NCBI GenBank assembly: GCA_964016885.1 | Contig: OZ024753.1 | Coordinates: 9,424,001 to 9,488,000, forward strand | DNA from: Eledone cirrhosa | Taxonomy: Eukaryota | Length of the DNA stretch: 64,000 nt | Reading direction: 5' to 3' | Shown here: positions 26,210 to 40,357 of the stretch, piece after piece | How the letters are laid out: every line of letters begins with the position of its first letter | Position numbering within the stretch: position 1 is the first letter of the stretch | Notes under the pieces: generated by a model | What the model saw: the letters and a program-made list of their open reading frames with translations, nothing else | Database searches by the model: none | What the model was told of the DNA's origin: nothing | Position numbers and translations under genes: made by a program

Positions 26210-26989
26210 TGTGTAGTAGTTGTAGTAGTAGTAGTAGTAATAGTAGTAGTAGTAGTAGTATTAGTGGTGGCAGTGGTAGTAATAGTAGTAGTAATAGTGG
26301 TGTTGGCGGTGGTAGTAGTAGTAGTAGTAGTGGTGGTGGTGGTGGTGGTGGTAGTGGTGGTGGTGGTGGTGGTGGTGGTGGTGGTGGTAGTGGTGGTGGT
26401 GGTGGTAGTGGTGGTGGTGGTGGTGGTAGTGGTGGTGGTGGTGGTGGTGGTGGTGGTGGTGGTGGTGGTGGTGGTGCAGGGACGGGGGAAGCAGAAGTGG
26501 TGGTGGTGAGAGTAGTAGTAGTAGTAGTGGTCGTGGGGGTTTTGGTAGTAGTAGTAGGGTGGTGGTGGTGGTGGTGATGGCAATGGTGTAGGGACGGGGG
26601 CAGCAGCAGTGGTGGTGGGAGTAGTAGTGGTGGCAGTGGTGCAGGGACGGGGGCAGCAGAAGTGGTGGTGGTGAGAGTAGTAGTATAGTAGTAGTAGTAG
26701 TGGTGGTGGTGGTGGCAGCAGTGTAGGGACGGGGGCAGCAGAAGTGGTGGTGGTAGTAGTAGTAGTAGTAGTGGGGGTTTTGGTAGTAGTGGTAGTAGTA
26801 GTGGTGGTGGTGGTGGTGGCAGTGGTAGTAGTAGTTGTAGTAGTAGTAGTAGTAATAGTAGTGGTGGCAGTGGTAATAGTAGTAGTAGTAATAGTAGTAG
26901 TAGTAGTAGTAGTAGTAGAGTAGTAGTAGTAGTTGTAGTAGTAGTAGTAGTGGCGACGGGGGCAGAAGCAGTGGTGGTAGTAGTAGTAA

Positions 26990-27021
<32 letters not shown>

Positions 27022-27030
27022 TGAGTAGTA
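26210..27030. repeat. (GTA)n/(GTG)n trinucleotide field; further fields at 27290-27690 and 36895-36990
   Basis: Directly visible; interspersed AGGGACGGGGGCAGCAG units. Confidence 0.95.
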
Positions 27031-27333
27031 GTTACATCAGTGTTATTATTCAGAATTGTTAGTGTTGGGGCAACATGCTTTACAGCATATAGTTACATCC
27101 CTTTGTGTCCTGGATTCAAATCCTGCCAAGATTAGCTTTGCCTTTCATCGTTTTACGGGGGGGGGGGGGCTGAATAAATTAAAGTACCAGTAATACACTG
27201 GAGTTGATTTAATCGAATTTCCACCCCACAACCAAAAAAAAAAGAATTCTTGGCCTTGTGCCAAAATCAGAAACCATCATCATCATCATCTGTAGTAGTA
27301 GTAGTAGTAGTAGAAGTAGTAGTAGTATAGTTG

Positions 27334-27365
<32 letters not shown>

Positions 27366-27378
27366 GACAGTAGTAGTT

Positions 27379-27414
<36 letters not shown>

Positions 27415-27479
27415 TTACTACTAAGTAGTAGTAGCAGTAGTAAAATAAATATTATCATTACCATTAGTAGTAGTAACAT

Positions 27480-27511
<32 letters not shown>

Positions 27512-27541
27512 CTGGTGGTGGTAGTAGTGACAGTAGTAGTT

Positions 27542-27574
<33 letters not shown>

Positions 27575-27639
27575 TTACTACTAAGTAGTAGTAGCAGTAG
27601 TAAAATAAATATTATCATTACTATTAGTAGTAGTAACAT

Positions 27640-27686
<47 letters not shown>

Positions 27687-28080
27687 AAATAAATATAATT
27701 ATTATTATTAGTTATTATTTTATATATCAATATTATAAATGATATCAATTATAGTGATAACAGTTACAATGCTGCCAAAATATAAGAATGGTGGAACATT
27801 TCCAAGACTTCAGACTATTTTTTGCTTCTTTTCAATAACAGACATTTAAATTAAGAAAAACATAAGATTATATACACAGTTTTGTATTTGTTTGATAAAT
27901 CAGAATAATTAAGCTATATTTTAGATAATTATACATATCCACACTCATATATATGTATGAAAATGAGTACCAGCAATAGCTGGGGGTTTAACCCTGCAAC
28001 GGACTGGACTGGTGTCCTGTCCGGGGGGGGGGGGAGTCTTGTACTCTCTGGCTTAAGACAGACTTTATATATATACACAT

Positions 28081-28133
<53 letters not shown>

Positions 28134-28181
28134 TTTATATATATATAGTGAGAAATGAAATTTCGTTTTCATTTTGTTTCA

Positions 28182-28216
<35 letters not shown>

Positions 28217-28237
28217 CATATATATTCACATTCACAT

Positions 28238-28273
<36 letters not shown>

Positions 28274-28591
28274 ACTATATATATATAGAGAGTAATAATT
28301 GTTTCTACTCTTGGCACAAGGCCAGCAATTACCCCAGTGCATTACTGGTACTTTATTTTATCGACCCCGTAAGGATGAAAGGCAAAGTTAACCTCGGCGG
28401 GATTTGAACTCAGAATGGCAAGGGCCGTAACTCTATGCGTCAAAGCATGGCGTCCGACCCTCTACCAATACTGCCAACCCCCCATAGTAATAATAAAATC
28501 CGAAGAGGGCTCGATAAGGATTATATATATGTTTCAGAAGATCCCGTTAAGGATGAAAACAGTGATATTTTGCTTAAACTTTAATCTGTTC

Positions 28592-28623
<32 letters not shown>

Positions 28624-28628
<5 letters not shown>

Positions 28629-28810
28629 GGAACGAGTAGGACCCCGATGGCTGAGCTCAAGCCGTTTCAACGGCTAAGTCCAGAATTAGCCGTCGAAACG
28701 GCTTGAGCTCAGCCGTCGGAGTCCTACTCATTCCTATTACCCACTCTACTACCCTAAGTATTGAGTACTTTGGTTATAGTCCACCTGGTTCCTTAACACA
28801 TTTCCTTATA
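28624..28810. mobile_element. Family F fold-back element (3' half-hammerhead GAAACGGC..GAGCTC..GCCGTC); copies at 41893-42100, 42904-43092, 58531-58855 and degenerate at 43770-43950
   Basis: ~115-bp near-perfect palindrome plus a shared extension TTCCTATTACCCACTCTACTACCCTAAGTATTGAGTAC...; all within (TA)n. Confidence 0.75.
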
Positions 28811-29197
28811 TATATTATAACAACAGATTAAAGTTTAAGCAAAATATATAAAATAAAAGAGGGATAATTTTCAAAAAGCTGGTAGGATGTGGTAGAAAGT
28901 ACAAACGGCAAAGGATGACAAATAAAACAAAACAAAGTAATGTTTTACCCAATATATTTCAACATGATATTTCAGGGCTATTACCCTCTTTTCAACAGTT
29001 CGAAACTATTTCAACCTAACGTTTGAAAAAGAGTAATAGCCTTGAAATATTAAGTTGAAATACACTGGGTAAAACATTACTTTGTTATCAATTATTTATC
29101 ATTATTTGCTCTTCGTATTTTCTAACGAGTTGTACCACTTTTTGAAAATTATCGATATTTTGTTACATATTTCACGATGTTTTGTATTAACTAAACT

Positions 29198-29233
<36 letters not shown>

Positions 29234-29746
29234 TACAGAAGCCTAACATTATTTATGTAAGCGGACAGTACTTGATTTAGGAGCCGCAGAAACCCAAATA
29301 CTGGATTTTACCAACCTTCCAGGGGTCCGGGTAAATTTTCAATCACAGATATTTTTTATTTGTTTGACCCAAATTACTTGATCGTTTTTTTTGGCTATGC
29401 GAATGATTGTTTAACCATCGTCTCAGTGTGTTTGGCCTTTAACGTTTGTTATAGCTCTTGTTCATCTGAATCATTGAGCACTTGCCACACATCTCGGATG
29501 TTGTTTTTCGTTATTTCGTGGGCCGAAATGCGATTCTCGATAATTTATGTTTGCATATATATATTATATATAGATCAAAGGTATATATTGAGTTAGAAAC
29601 TCAAAATAGTCTCTTACAATAAAATAGCTCTAGGAAAGAGATTTTTCCGAGCCATATATTATAATTGAACATATATTACAATTTGAACACATATATGTAT
29701 GTATCTGTGTTTGTCTTTCTTTTATATTCAATTATTATATATATAT

Positions 29747-30137
29747 CAGTGGCGGAGGGTAACCTGGAAAGCAGGGCATGCAGTCCAATCACCATGGCGG
29801 AAAATGGGGCTGTGTAACCTTACACCCCCCCCCCCCCCAATTCCCTCTAAATGACCCTCACAGTCAAAGTCGCATGTAGTGTTATCTAGTGTGTGTGTGT
29901 GTGTGTTATCTTTTTATGTGTCTACGATTTAGTAAGCAGCCAAAATTCTGCTTGCCTCAAAGCTGTCGTGTGTTTGTGTGTATGTGAGTGTGTGTGTGTG
30001 TGTGTGTTATCTTTTTTTGTGTCTATACGTTTTAGTAAGCAGCCAAAATTCTGCTTGCTTCAACCGACGCAATTGATCAACTCAAGATTGTATAACGCAT
30101 GCACTGTATGCGTTGCATGCATGGACCCTTCGCCCTG
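29747..30137. mobile_element. Putative hAT-type MITE in (TA)n
   Basis: Imperfect TIR CAGTGGCGGAGGGT / ACCCTTCGCCCTG flanked by (AT)n. Confidence 0.5.
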
Positions 30138-30153
30138 ATATATATATATATAT

Positions 30154-30740
30154 GAGAAAGTTCTCCAGGAAAGTTAACCAGGAATCTTTAAAAATCACAA
30201 CACAACACCCTGCCCCACCAGACACACCCTAATCTCTCTTATATATAGACACAACACAACCTGAGATTAGTTTCACAATTGCCACCGACGAATGTGAGAA
30301 AGTTCTCCAGGAAAGTTAGCCAGGAATCTTTCAAAATCACCACACAACCCCGCCCCACCAGACACACCCTAATCTCTCTTATATATAGACACAACACAAC
30401 CTGAGATTAGTTTCACAATTGCCACCGACGGATGTGAGAAAGTTCTCCAGGAAAGTTAGCCAGGAATCTTTCAAAATCACCACACAACCCCGCCCCACCA
30501 GACATACCCTAATCTCTCATATATAGACACAACACAACCTGAGATTAGTTTCACAATTGCCACCGACGAATGCGAGAAAGTTCTCCAGGAAAGTTAGCCA
30601 GGAATCTTTCAAAATCTCCCCACCGAAGTTAACAAAGAACTTACTAGATCTACAAAACCAAATTGTAAAATTATAATATTATAAAATTAAATTTAATTGT
30701 TTAGAACTACAAGTGAAGTCATTCTTTTCTTCTTTTTTAG
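30154..30740. repeat. ~140-bp tandem repeat (3+ units) in an element also present as a fold-back at 42180-42462
   Basis: GAGAAAGTTCTCCAGG at 30154, 30296, 30436 and 30574. Confidence 0.85.
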
Positions 30741-30859
30741 ATATAGCTGGGAAAAGCGGACATAAAATGATGATGATGATGATGATATATATATATATAT
30801 GTAGATTTAACACTTCACTGCTCGCAAGTGTTTTTTAAGCTTCATATCATGTCTCCCTA

Positions 30860-30923
30860 TTTTATCTGATGAGAACGCAAATATCCCATGATGATATTTG
30901 TTTTTGAAATGCGCATAATAAAA
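30860..30923 (+). ncRNA. Minimal hammerhead ribozyme (family A)
   Basis: TTTTAT-CTGATGA-stem II-GAAA-TGCGCA-TA-ATAAAA. Confidence 0.78.
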
Positions 30924-31547
30924 TACATGGAACTCTTTTAACCATCTTTTGATCTTATATTATATATATATATATATATATAGTCGTGTAGGTGACACAA
31001 CAAAAAGCACCCAGTCCACACTGTTCAGTGGTCGTGTAGGTGTCACGGTAAAAAAGCACCCAGTACTCACTGTAAATGGGGTTGGTGTTAGGAAGGGCAT
31101 CCAGCTGCAGAAACCAAGCCAAAACCAGTTCTGTATGAGCAAGACATGGTCACCTGACCTGGCACTGCCCACAACAGGACAACCTGTCTAACCCATGCTA
31201 GCGTGGAAACATTGATGTAAAACGGTGATGATGATGATGATATATATATATATATATACACACACAAACACATTCACACATACACATATTTAAAAGCATA
31301 TAAGCACATATGCATATTAATATGTTCATACACACAAACTGTGTAACAGCATCTCTGGTATACATGGAGTGTATGGTTATGGTACAAGAAACGAAATGAG
31401 GAGATATCAAAGTTGCTCTACTTCTGTGAAGCAAATGACTAAGGAATATGTAAAAGAAATGTCAGGAAACACAACCACCCTCATGATCGTTCTGGTCTCT
31501 TGGCATCTCCATTGTAAGATTTTACCATATTTACATCATGCACAAGA

Positions 31548-31875
31548 GATGACTGAGGAAGGGCGGGGTGATGACATCACATTCTGAAGATGACTGAAGA
31601 AGGAAGGGGTGATGGCATCACACTCTGAAGATGACTGAGGAAGGAAGGGGTGATGACGTCACACATTAGAGATGACTGAGGAAGGAAGGGTGATGACATC
31701 ACACTCTGAAGATGACTGAAGAAGGAAGGGTGATGACGTCACACTCTGAAGATGACTGAAGAAGGAAGGGGTGATGGCATCACACTCTGAAGATGACTGA
31801 GGAAGGAAGGGGTGATGACGTCACACATTAGAGATAACTGAGGAAGGAAGGGTGATGACATCACACACTAGAGAT
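31548..31875. repeat. 40-41-bp minisatellite, about 8 copies
   Basis: GATGACTGAGGAAGGAAGGGGTGATGACGTCACAC... at 31548, 31589, 31630. Confidence 0.9.
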
Positions 31876-31904
31876 ATATCCAGCTCATTCATCAGATGAA
31901 ATAG

Positions 31905-32760
31905 TTATAATAATAATGAAAATATTGTGTACAGTGCTCAGGTGCACTACAACTCATCAAAAAGTGTATGTATAGTACATAGGGTAATGTACAAACGTCA
32001 GGAAAATGAACAGTGCATGAGTCATGATATACACGTGTGTGCATGTGTATGGAAGGGGCACATCAGGTGCAGTTTTGGCGAATTTAGGGAAGCATGAGGG
32101 TTTTAAAGGATGCAGTGTCTTGACAGCTAACAACTGACGCAGGCAGTTTGTTCCATGGAGCTTTTAAAGGATGCAGTGTCTCGGCAGCTAACATCTGACG
32201 CAGGCAGTTTGTTCCATGGAACTTTTAAAGGATGCAGTGTCTCGGCAGCTAACATCTGACGCAGGCAGTTTGTTCCATGGAGGTTTTAAAGGATGCAGTA
32301 TCTCGACAGCTAACATCTGACGCAGGCAGTTTGTTCCATGGAGGTTTTAAAGGATGCAGCGTCTCGACAGCTAACAACTGACGCAGGCAGTTTGTTCCAT
32401 GGAGGTTTTAAAGGATGCAGTGTCTCGACAGCTAACAACTGACGCAGGCAGTTTGTTCCATGGAGGTTTTAAAGGATGCAGTGTCTCGGCAACTAACAAC
32501 TGACGCAGGCAGTTTGTTCCATGCTTCAGCAACTCTAAGCGTGAAAAAATGTTTCCGAAAGTCATGGGAGCTGTGCTGTTTTCTGATTTTGTAGGCATGA
32601 CCACGTGTGTTAGACACATGGAGATCAAAAAGGTGCTCAGGGTTGTTGCTGGCGAGATGGTTAATAACTTTGTGGGTGTTTACCAAGTCCATTGCCAGAC
32701 GTCGGAGCTTCAATGAATCCATGCCCAGGGAAGCAAGGCGTTCAGAGTATAGTAGGTGTC
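31905..32760 (-). mobile_element. CR1-clade LINE 3' end with an internal 61-bp tandem array (32101-32523, about 7 units)
   Basis: YSERLASLGMDSLKLRRL..DL..TRGH..K..RKHFFTLRVAEAWNKLP..VV is the typical CR1 C-terminus. Confidence 0.88.
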
Positions 32761-32942
32761 TAGTAATTAAATAGCTCTGTCCTATATATACAGCACTCTT
32801 CTTTCCTTTACCTTTTCTAGGGAAATACTTAACACACAAATATATATATATATTCTGATGAAGGACTAGTATCTGAAACGTTAAGACCTTCTTGTATATT
32901 CCTTCCATATACGGTACCGATTGTGTTGTTATTTCTGTTTAC

Positions 32943-33004
<62 letters not shown>

Positions 33005-33052
33005 CATACATGTACATATATATGTATATATATATATATACATACATACATG

Positions 33053-33107
<55 letters not shown>

Positions 33108-33388
33108 ATAAATTTACATATATATATACATATATATATACATATATATATACATGTATATATATATATATAAATAGATACGTATATATATACATACATG
33201 TATATATATATAAATATATATGTATATATATACATACATGTATATATATATAAATATATACGTATATATATACATGCATGTATATATATAAATATATACA
33301 TATATATATACATACAATACTTATATATATATACATACATGTATATACATATATAAATATGTACATATATTCATATATATATACATAC

Positions 33389-33426
<38 letters not shown>

Positions 33427-33606
33427 ATATATATATATAAACATACATACATGTATATATATATATATATGCATATATATATATACATACATATATATAT
33501 ACATACATATATATACATACACGTATATATATACGTATATATATATATAAATACATATATATATATATAAACACGTAGATATATACATATATATATATAT
33601 ATATAA

Positions 33607-33655
<49 letters not shown>

Positions 33656-33675
33656 CATACATATACATATATATA

Positions 33676-33711
<36 letters not shown>

Positions 33712-33727
33712 CACATACATATATATA

Positions 33728-33761
<34 letters not shown>

Positions 33762-34381
33762 CATGTATACATACACATACATACACACATATATATATAT
33801 ATACATACATACACATACATACCCACAGACACACACACACATATATATATAAATACATATACACACACATATATCTGAATATGTGTATCGATATATAACT
33901 ACATATATATCTACATCTATATAAACACACACACACACACACACACACACAGATTTATGGGGGTCACTATTTGTTCCTATCAACAATGGAACAACTCTAT
34001 TTTCTCTTTGCAATTACAGAGATATAATTGCCTTAGTTTCATCAGACAGTCTCAGATCAAGTCATTTGCCAAATAAGTCTAATACCAAAATATATATCAT
34101 CATCATCATCAACGTTTAACATCCGTGTTCCACGCTTGCATGGGTTTGGACGGGGGTTTTCCCACTTGAGGCAAGAGTGGTTGTCTTGCTCACATTGGAC
34201 TGTCTGGCGGGTTTTCTACAGCTGGATGCCCTTCCTAACACCAACCACATTGACAGTGTGGGGCTGGGAGGTTTTTACCGTGTTGCCTACACGGCCACAT
34301 TACAGCGGGTATATATATATATATACACATATGTGTACATGTGTGTGTGTATATATATTTATATATACACATATGTGTACA

Positions 34382-34413
<32 letters not shown>

Positions 34414-34673
34414 CACATATGTGTACATGTGTGTGTATGTCTCTGTGTGAATATATATATATATAAAAAATATATATATACATATATATATATATGTGTG
34501 TGTGTGTGTGTAAAGTAGAGCTATTGTTCAACCCACGCAAGTATGGAAAAACGGACATAAAAAGTGATGATAATGATATATATATATATATGTATTTATG
34601 TATATGTGTATATATATATGTATGTATATATGTATGTATGTATGTATATGTGTATATATATTCATATATATAT

Positions 34674-34724
<51 letters not shown>

Positions 34725-34754
34725 CATTGTGTATATATATATAAATACATACAT

Positions 34755-34813
<59 letters not shown>

Positions 34814-34844
34814 CATATGTGTATATATATATAAATACATACAT

Positions 34845-34911
<67 letters not shown>

Positions 34912-34923
34912 CATACATATGTG

Positions 34924-34979
<56 letters not shown>

Positions 34980-37059
34980 TATATGTATATATATATAAAC
35001 GAAATTACAAGTATGATATATTATGTATATAAAAAAAACATAAGTGGATTTGTGTCTATTCTTGAAATCAATATTTATAAAAAATGAAACCTATGAACAA
35101 CAGACAAACTATAATATATCATTATCTGGTTGACAGATATTGCTTAGTTCTAGACTAACCAGGATCAAGAAGACCTATCTACAAAACTATTTCATCTCTC
35201 TCTATACAATCTTTTTGGTTTTTTCAAATTTAGTGTATTAAAACTTAGATATTTAACAACTTCAGTACCGTAGATAACTTGTCCTAAAATGGATGCATTC
35301 CAGTGCCACAGACAAGATAACTCGTCGTAACATCTTTGAACACATTTCCAACATTTCACAACATTTCACAACTTCAAGGTTATAAACTCGTTTCCAAAAG
35401 TTCATAACTTCAAAGTAAGACAGTTTAGCAATATAAAAAAAAATATAAGGATCAACAATTAAAATTTTACAGTTTGTAAAAATTATCAAACATATGTTGA
35501 CAAAATTATGTAAAATAGAAAAAAATTAATGAATAAAACAATATGACAACCTTACAAGTGATGGTTGTTTATTAATCTTGATAATTGTTTCTACTATTGG
35601 CACAAGTCCAGCAATTATCCCAGTGTATTACTGGTACCTTATTTTATCGACCCCCGTAAGGATGAAAGGCTAAGTTAACCTCGGCGGGATTTGAACTCAG
35701 ACTGGCAAGGGCCGTAACTCTATGCGTCAAAGCATGGCGGCCGACCCTCTACCGATACTGCCAATTCACCGCCCTCTTGATAATAACCTAAGTAAACATG
35801 AAAGAACAGCCGAACTCCCACTGTCATTGCCTCCATCTCTTTGGCCCTCCCCATCTTTCAGTATGGGGAGCAAATGGGGTCCCACATGCTGGCCACCCCA
35901 CAGCTCCGGTGGACAGAATGGAGAAGGCAAAGTTAGAAACTCGTTCCCAAAAGTACATAACTTCAAAGTTATGAACTCGTATCTAACAGTTCATAAAACC
36001 AAAGTTATGAACTCGTCCCCAAAAGTACATAATTAGAAAGTTATGAACTCGTTCATAACGTCAAAGCTAGATGGGGGGTTACTAGTTTATTGATGTGACA
36101 TTTGTCATTCAAAATAGTCATTTTGTAAAAAAGAAAACCCACCACAGCAACTGTAGCTGTGTAAAATATACACGGCAGTCAACAGGTTAAATTTACATGT
36201 GTATAGTAAATTGAATTTCAACACCATTCTTAAAGGTTTCACATTGCCATTCTCATACTAAATTGACAAACTGACTACGATCATTGATTCTTACAAGATA
36301 AACGATAACACATTTAGGTTAGAGAACAATTAACTGCTTGATGTTATTATGAGATGAGGACCATGATACCAGTGTTGATCATGAGTTAATTACTGTTCCT
36401 AACATGTGTCAGGGAGGAGGGAGAACATTTTAAAATCATCAAAGAGAATTTGCAGGTGTACTAAAAACTCAAAATTAATTGAGACAAATAAAATGCAAAT
36501 TTTCCGTGCAAGGTAAAGAACACATTAGTTGGAACTATTCCTAAATGCTGTTCCTTAGTCTAAATTTGATTAGAATCAACTAGTTTTGTTTGCTACTTCA
36601 TTTTAAATTCATGTAAATAAATAAATTTTAATACTGCTTTGCTGTAATCTTTTGTATTTAACAACACGGTGGAATGGCCGAGTAGCTTTTAACTGAAATA
36701 TGTTTTTCAGTAGGAATTTCTTGCAGATAATCTCTTTCCTCAACTATTAAACTGTAATTATGTTGGCTGTTTAATCATTCATTCTGTCTAGGGACATGGT
36801 ACTACAATGGTAAGGGGGCAGCTAGTGACGACTAAATCAACCCTAAGATATTGAGGATACTTATTTTCTTGACCCCAGGCTAAATCGAACTCAATTGTAG
36901 TAGTAGTAGTAGCAGTAGTAGTAAAAGTAGTAGTGGTAGTAGTAGTAGTAGTGGCAGTAGTAGTAGTAGTAGTGGCAGTAGTAGTAGGATGGAGGGGGAA
37001 TCAAGGCCAGCAATTTTGAGGGGGTGTTAGAAAGTCAGTCACTAGTACATCTCCTAGTT

Positions 37060-37333
37060 TACCAATCCACTATTCTACCAATCCACTAATCTACTATTCT
37101 ACCAATCCACTAATCTACTATTCCACTAATCCACTAATCCACTATTCCACTAATCTACTATTCCACTAATCTACCAATCCACTAATCTACTATTCCACTA
37201 ATCCACTAATCTACTAATCCACTAATCTACTATTCCACTAATCCACTAATCTACTATTCCACTAATCTACTATTCCACTATTCCACTAATCCACTATTCC
37301 ACTATTCCACTAATCCACTATTCCACTATTCTA
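37060..37333. repeat. 8-bp unit minisatellite (CCACTAAT/CTACTATT variants)
   Basis: Directly visible. Confidence 0.9.
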
Positions 37334-37749
37334 CACAACACATACTATACACCAGCTGTCCCTAAGAAACAACACACAACAAAAACGACAGAGAAGCCAC
37401 CCAGTAAAATAACATGACTGAAACTGTCACAAGTCCCACATTAGAAATAGATGAAACAGATAATTGTTTCTACGTTAGGCACAAGGCCAGCAATTACCCA
37501 GTGCATTACTGGTACTTTATTTTATCGACCCCGTAAGGATGAAAGGCAAAGTCAACCTCGGCGGGATTTGAACTCAGATCGTAAAGGGACGTAACTATGC
37601 TGGAAAGCATGGCGTCCGACCCTCTACCGATACTGCCAATCCACCGCCTGATGAAACAGATAATACTTGTGTGAAATGTATCCCTTTCATTAGAAGTGAA
37701 ATAACAGACACTTCAGTCTGGTGAGATGAGAATTGGAGCCAGGCAGCAG

Positions 37750-38685
37750 AACAGACAGGCAGTAATATATGACAGTGGTGACGTGACATTTTCACCATCT
37801 CTGGGTATAAAGGGAATCTTAAAAGGTGTGTAGGAGAGATCATTGCATTGGTATAATCCCACCAGTACCACAACCACCACCCCTATAACTCCTGATGGAG
37901 CCATAGGGGTGCGATAGTGAAATATGCAATTTCTTGGACAGACAGACAGACAGACAGTAATATATGACAGAGGTGATGTAATGCTTTCACCACCTCCCGG
38001 GTATAAAGGGAATTGTATATGAGGTGTGTAGGAGAGATCCATGCATTGGTATATTCTGCCCCCACCTCACCCCATAACATCTGATGGAGTTGTAAGGGTG
38101 CCATAGTGACATGTTATTCCTTGGACAGACAGTAATAAATGACAGAGGTGATGTGATGCTTTCACCACCTCCCGGGTATAAAGGGAATTGTATATGAGGT
38201 GTGTAGGAGAGATCCATGCATTGGTATATTCTGCCCCCACCTCACCCCATAACACCTGATGGAGTTGTAAGGGTGCCATAGTGACATGTCATTCCTTGGA
38301 CAGACAGTAATAAATGACAGAGGTGATGTGATGCTTTCACCACCTCCCGGGTATAAAGGGAATTGTATATGAGGTGTGTAGGAGAGATCCATGCATTGGT
38401 ATATTCTGCCCCCACCCCATAACACCTGATGGAGTTGTAAGGGTGCCATAGTGACATGTTATTCCTTGGACAGACAGTAATAAATGACAGAGGTGATGGG
38501 ATGCTTTCACCACCTCCCGGGTATAAAGGGAATTGTATATGAGGTGTGTAGGAGAGATCCATGCATTGGTATATTCTGCCCCCACCCCATAACACCTGAT
38601 GGAGTTGTAAGGGTGCCATAGTGACATGTTATTCCTGGACAGACAGTAATAAATGACAGAGGTGATGTGATGCTTTCACCACCTC
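37750..38685. repeat. 169-175-bp tandem repeat, about 5 units
   Basis: GGACAGACAGTAATAAATGACAGAGG at 38123, 38298, 38468 and 38637; the first units are more diverged. Confidence 0.9.
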
Positions 38686-39542
38686 GAAAGGATGAAAGAC
38701 AAAGTTGGTACAGACATGTAATGTGCATGGATGATGATTGTTTGGTAAAGAAGTATCAGGAGTTACAAGTTGACGGAAGCTATGTTTACCACCTCTGCTA
38801 TCACAGAGCAATAGAACAATCTAGAAAAAAAAAAAACCTAAATTTTTTTAACCCTTTTTAGCATTTACAATCGATATTTACTATTAAATTTTCATGGTAA
38901 AGTCTTTACCTCACGTAATCCCCCACCGCAATATGCCCCCACACCCCCCACCACAAGGTGGTCGTGGAGGTGCCACGGCAAAAAAGCACCCAGAGCCCAC
39001 ACTGTAAAGTGGACGTGTAGGCGCCACGAAAAAGCACCCAGCACTCACTGTAAATGAGGTTGGTGTTAGGAAGGGCATCCAGCTGTAGAAATCAAGCCAG
39101 ATCAGTTCCTGTATGAGCAAGGCATGGTCAGCCGAACAGACACTGCCCACAACAGGACAACCCGTCTAACCCATGCTAGCGTGGAAGAACGGACGTAAAA
39201 CGGTGATGATGATGATGAATTACCTCACATAATATCGAGTCTATGAGATTTTGATATTATTTATTTTGAAAACAATACCTTAACATCAGTATGAGCAGCC
39301 AGTTACTGCCGATTTGAACAGAAAGAGGTGAGAGAATTCTGGCCAGATATGGCTGGTTTAAATGCTAAAGAGGCAAACGTTGAAGGGTCGTTCCTAGAAA
39401 GTATATGAAGTTATTTAGGATACTTGATAAATATTTCACAAATTAATGTTTCAGAAAACAATTTACAAATGACAACATTCAGGGGCAAATTGATGGCTGG
39501 CTGATGAAACTACATACCACCATAGTAGTAGTAGTAGTAGTA

Positions 39543-39576
<34 letters not shown>

Positions 39577-40068
39577 CAACAACAATGATAACAACAATGT
39601 TAAAATCATAAATGATTATAAAACAACAATAACATAGAAAGAATTAAAAGATTACAAAAATCAACATTAAATAAAAAACAAAACAAAACAAAATATAATT
39701 TAAAAAATTTCTAGTTAACATAGTTTTGAGTGAGAGCATGTTACAATTCTACTTTGTCACTCTTTGTATTGAGTTCTGGTGTACTTAAAGGTAACATCTT
39801 TGAGGTGAACAGGTTATATATATGTTGGGGTTTTTCCTTGTAGTGGAAACATGCTGAACACTTTATCAATTGTCTACATGGGGGTCCCATTCGGTCATAG
39901 CTGATCATGGGCTTCTACAAGGCACACACCTGAACAAGATGTTTTTTATGGAAGATCAGCAGCTACCTATGCATTCAATTGTCCTTTCTCTATGACACAA
40001 ATGTAATCCATACAGGTGTTTAAAGTTTGGCATCAATGTTGTCACAACTCACAATTTCCCACTAGATC

Positions 40069-40357
40069 AATGTGAAATAAAATGTCTTGCTTAAGGATAG
40101 AATGTGAAATAAATTATCTTGCTCAAGGACAAAATGTGAAATAAAGTGTCTTGCTCAAGGACGCAATGTGAAATAAAATGTCTTGTTGAAGACACATGAA
40201 ATAAAATGTCTTGCTTAAGGATAGAATGTGAAATAAAGTGTCTTGCTCAAAGACACAGTGTGCAATAAAGTGTCTTGCTCAAGGATAGAATGTAAAATAA
40301 AGTATCTTGTTCATGGACGCAATGTGAAAAAGAGGATCTTGCTCAAGGATAGAATGT
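40069..40357. repeat. ~32-bp tandem array derived from the SINE CORE-like segment
   Basis: AATGTGAAATAAAGTGTCTTGCTCAAGGA repeated about 9 times. Confidence 0.85.

Noticed and set aside
26170-26583. Poly-Thr/Gly/Val mucin- or glycine-rich ORFs
   Set aside because: Trinucleotide microsatellite; no splice or protein-family evidence.
33094-35087. Many YI/CV-repeat ORFs (also at 3879-5650, 55062-55582, 57351-57985)
   Set aside because: Translations of dinucleotide or trinucleotide repeats.
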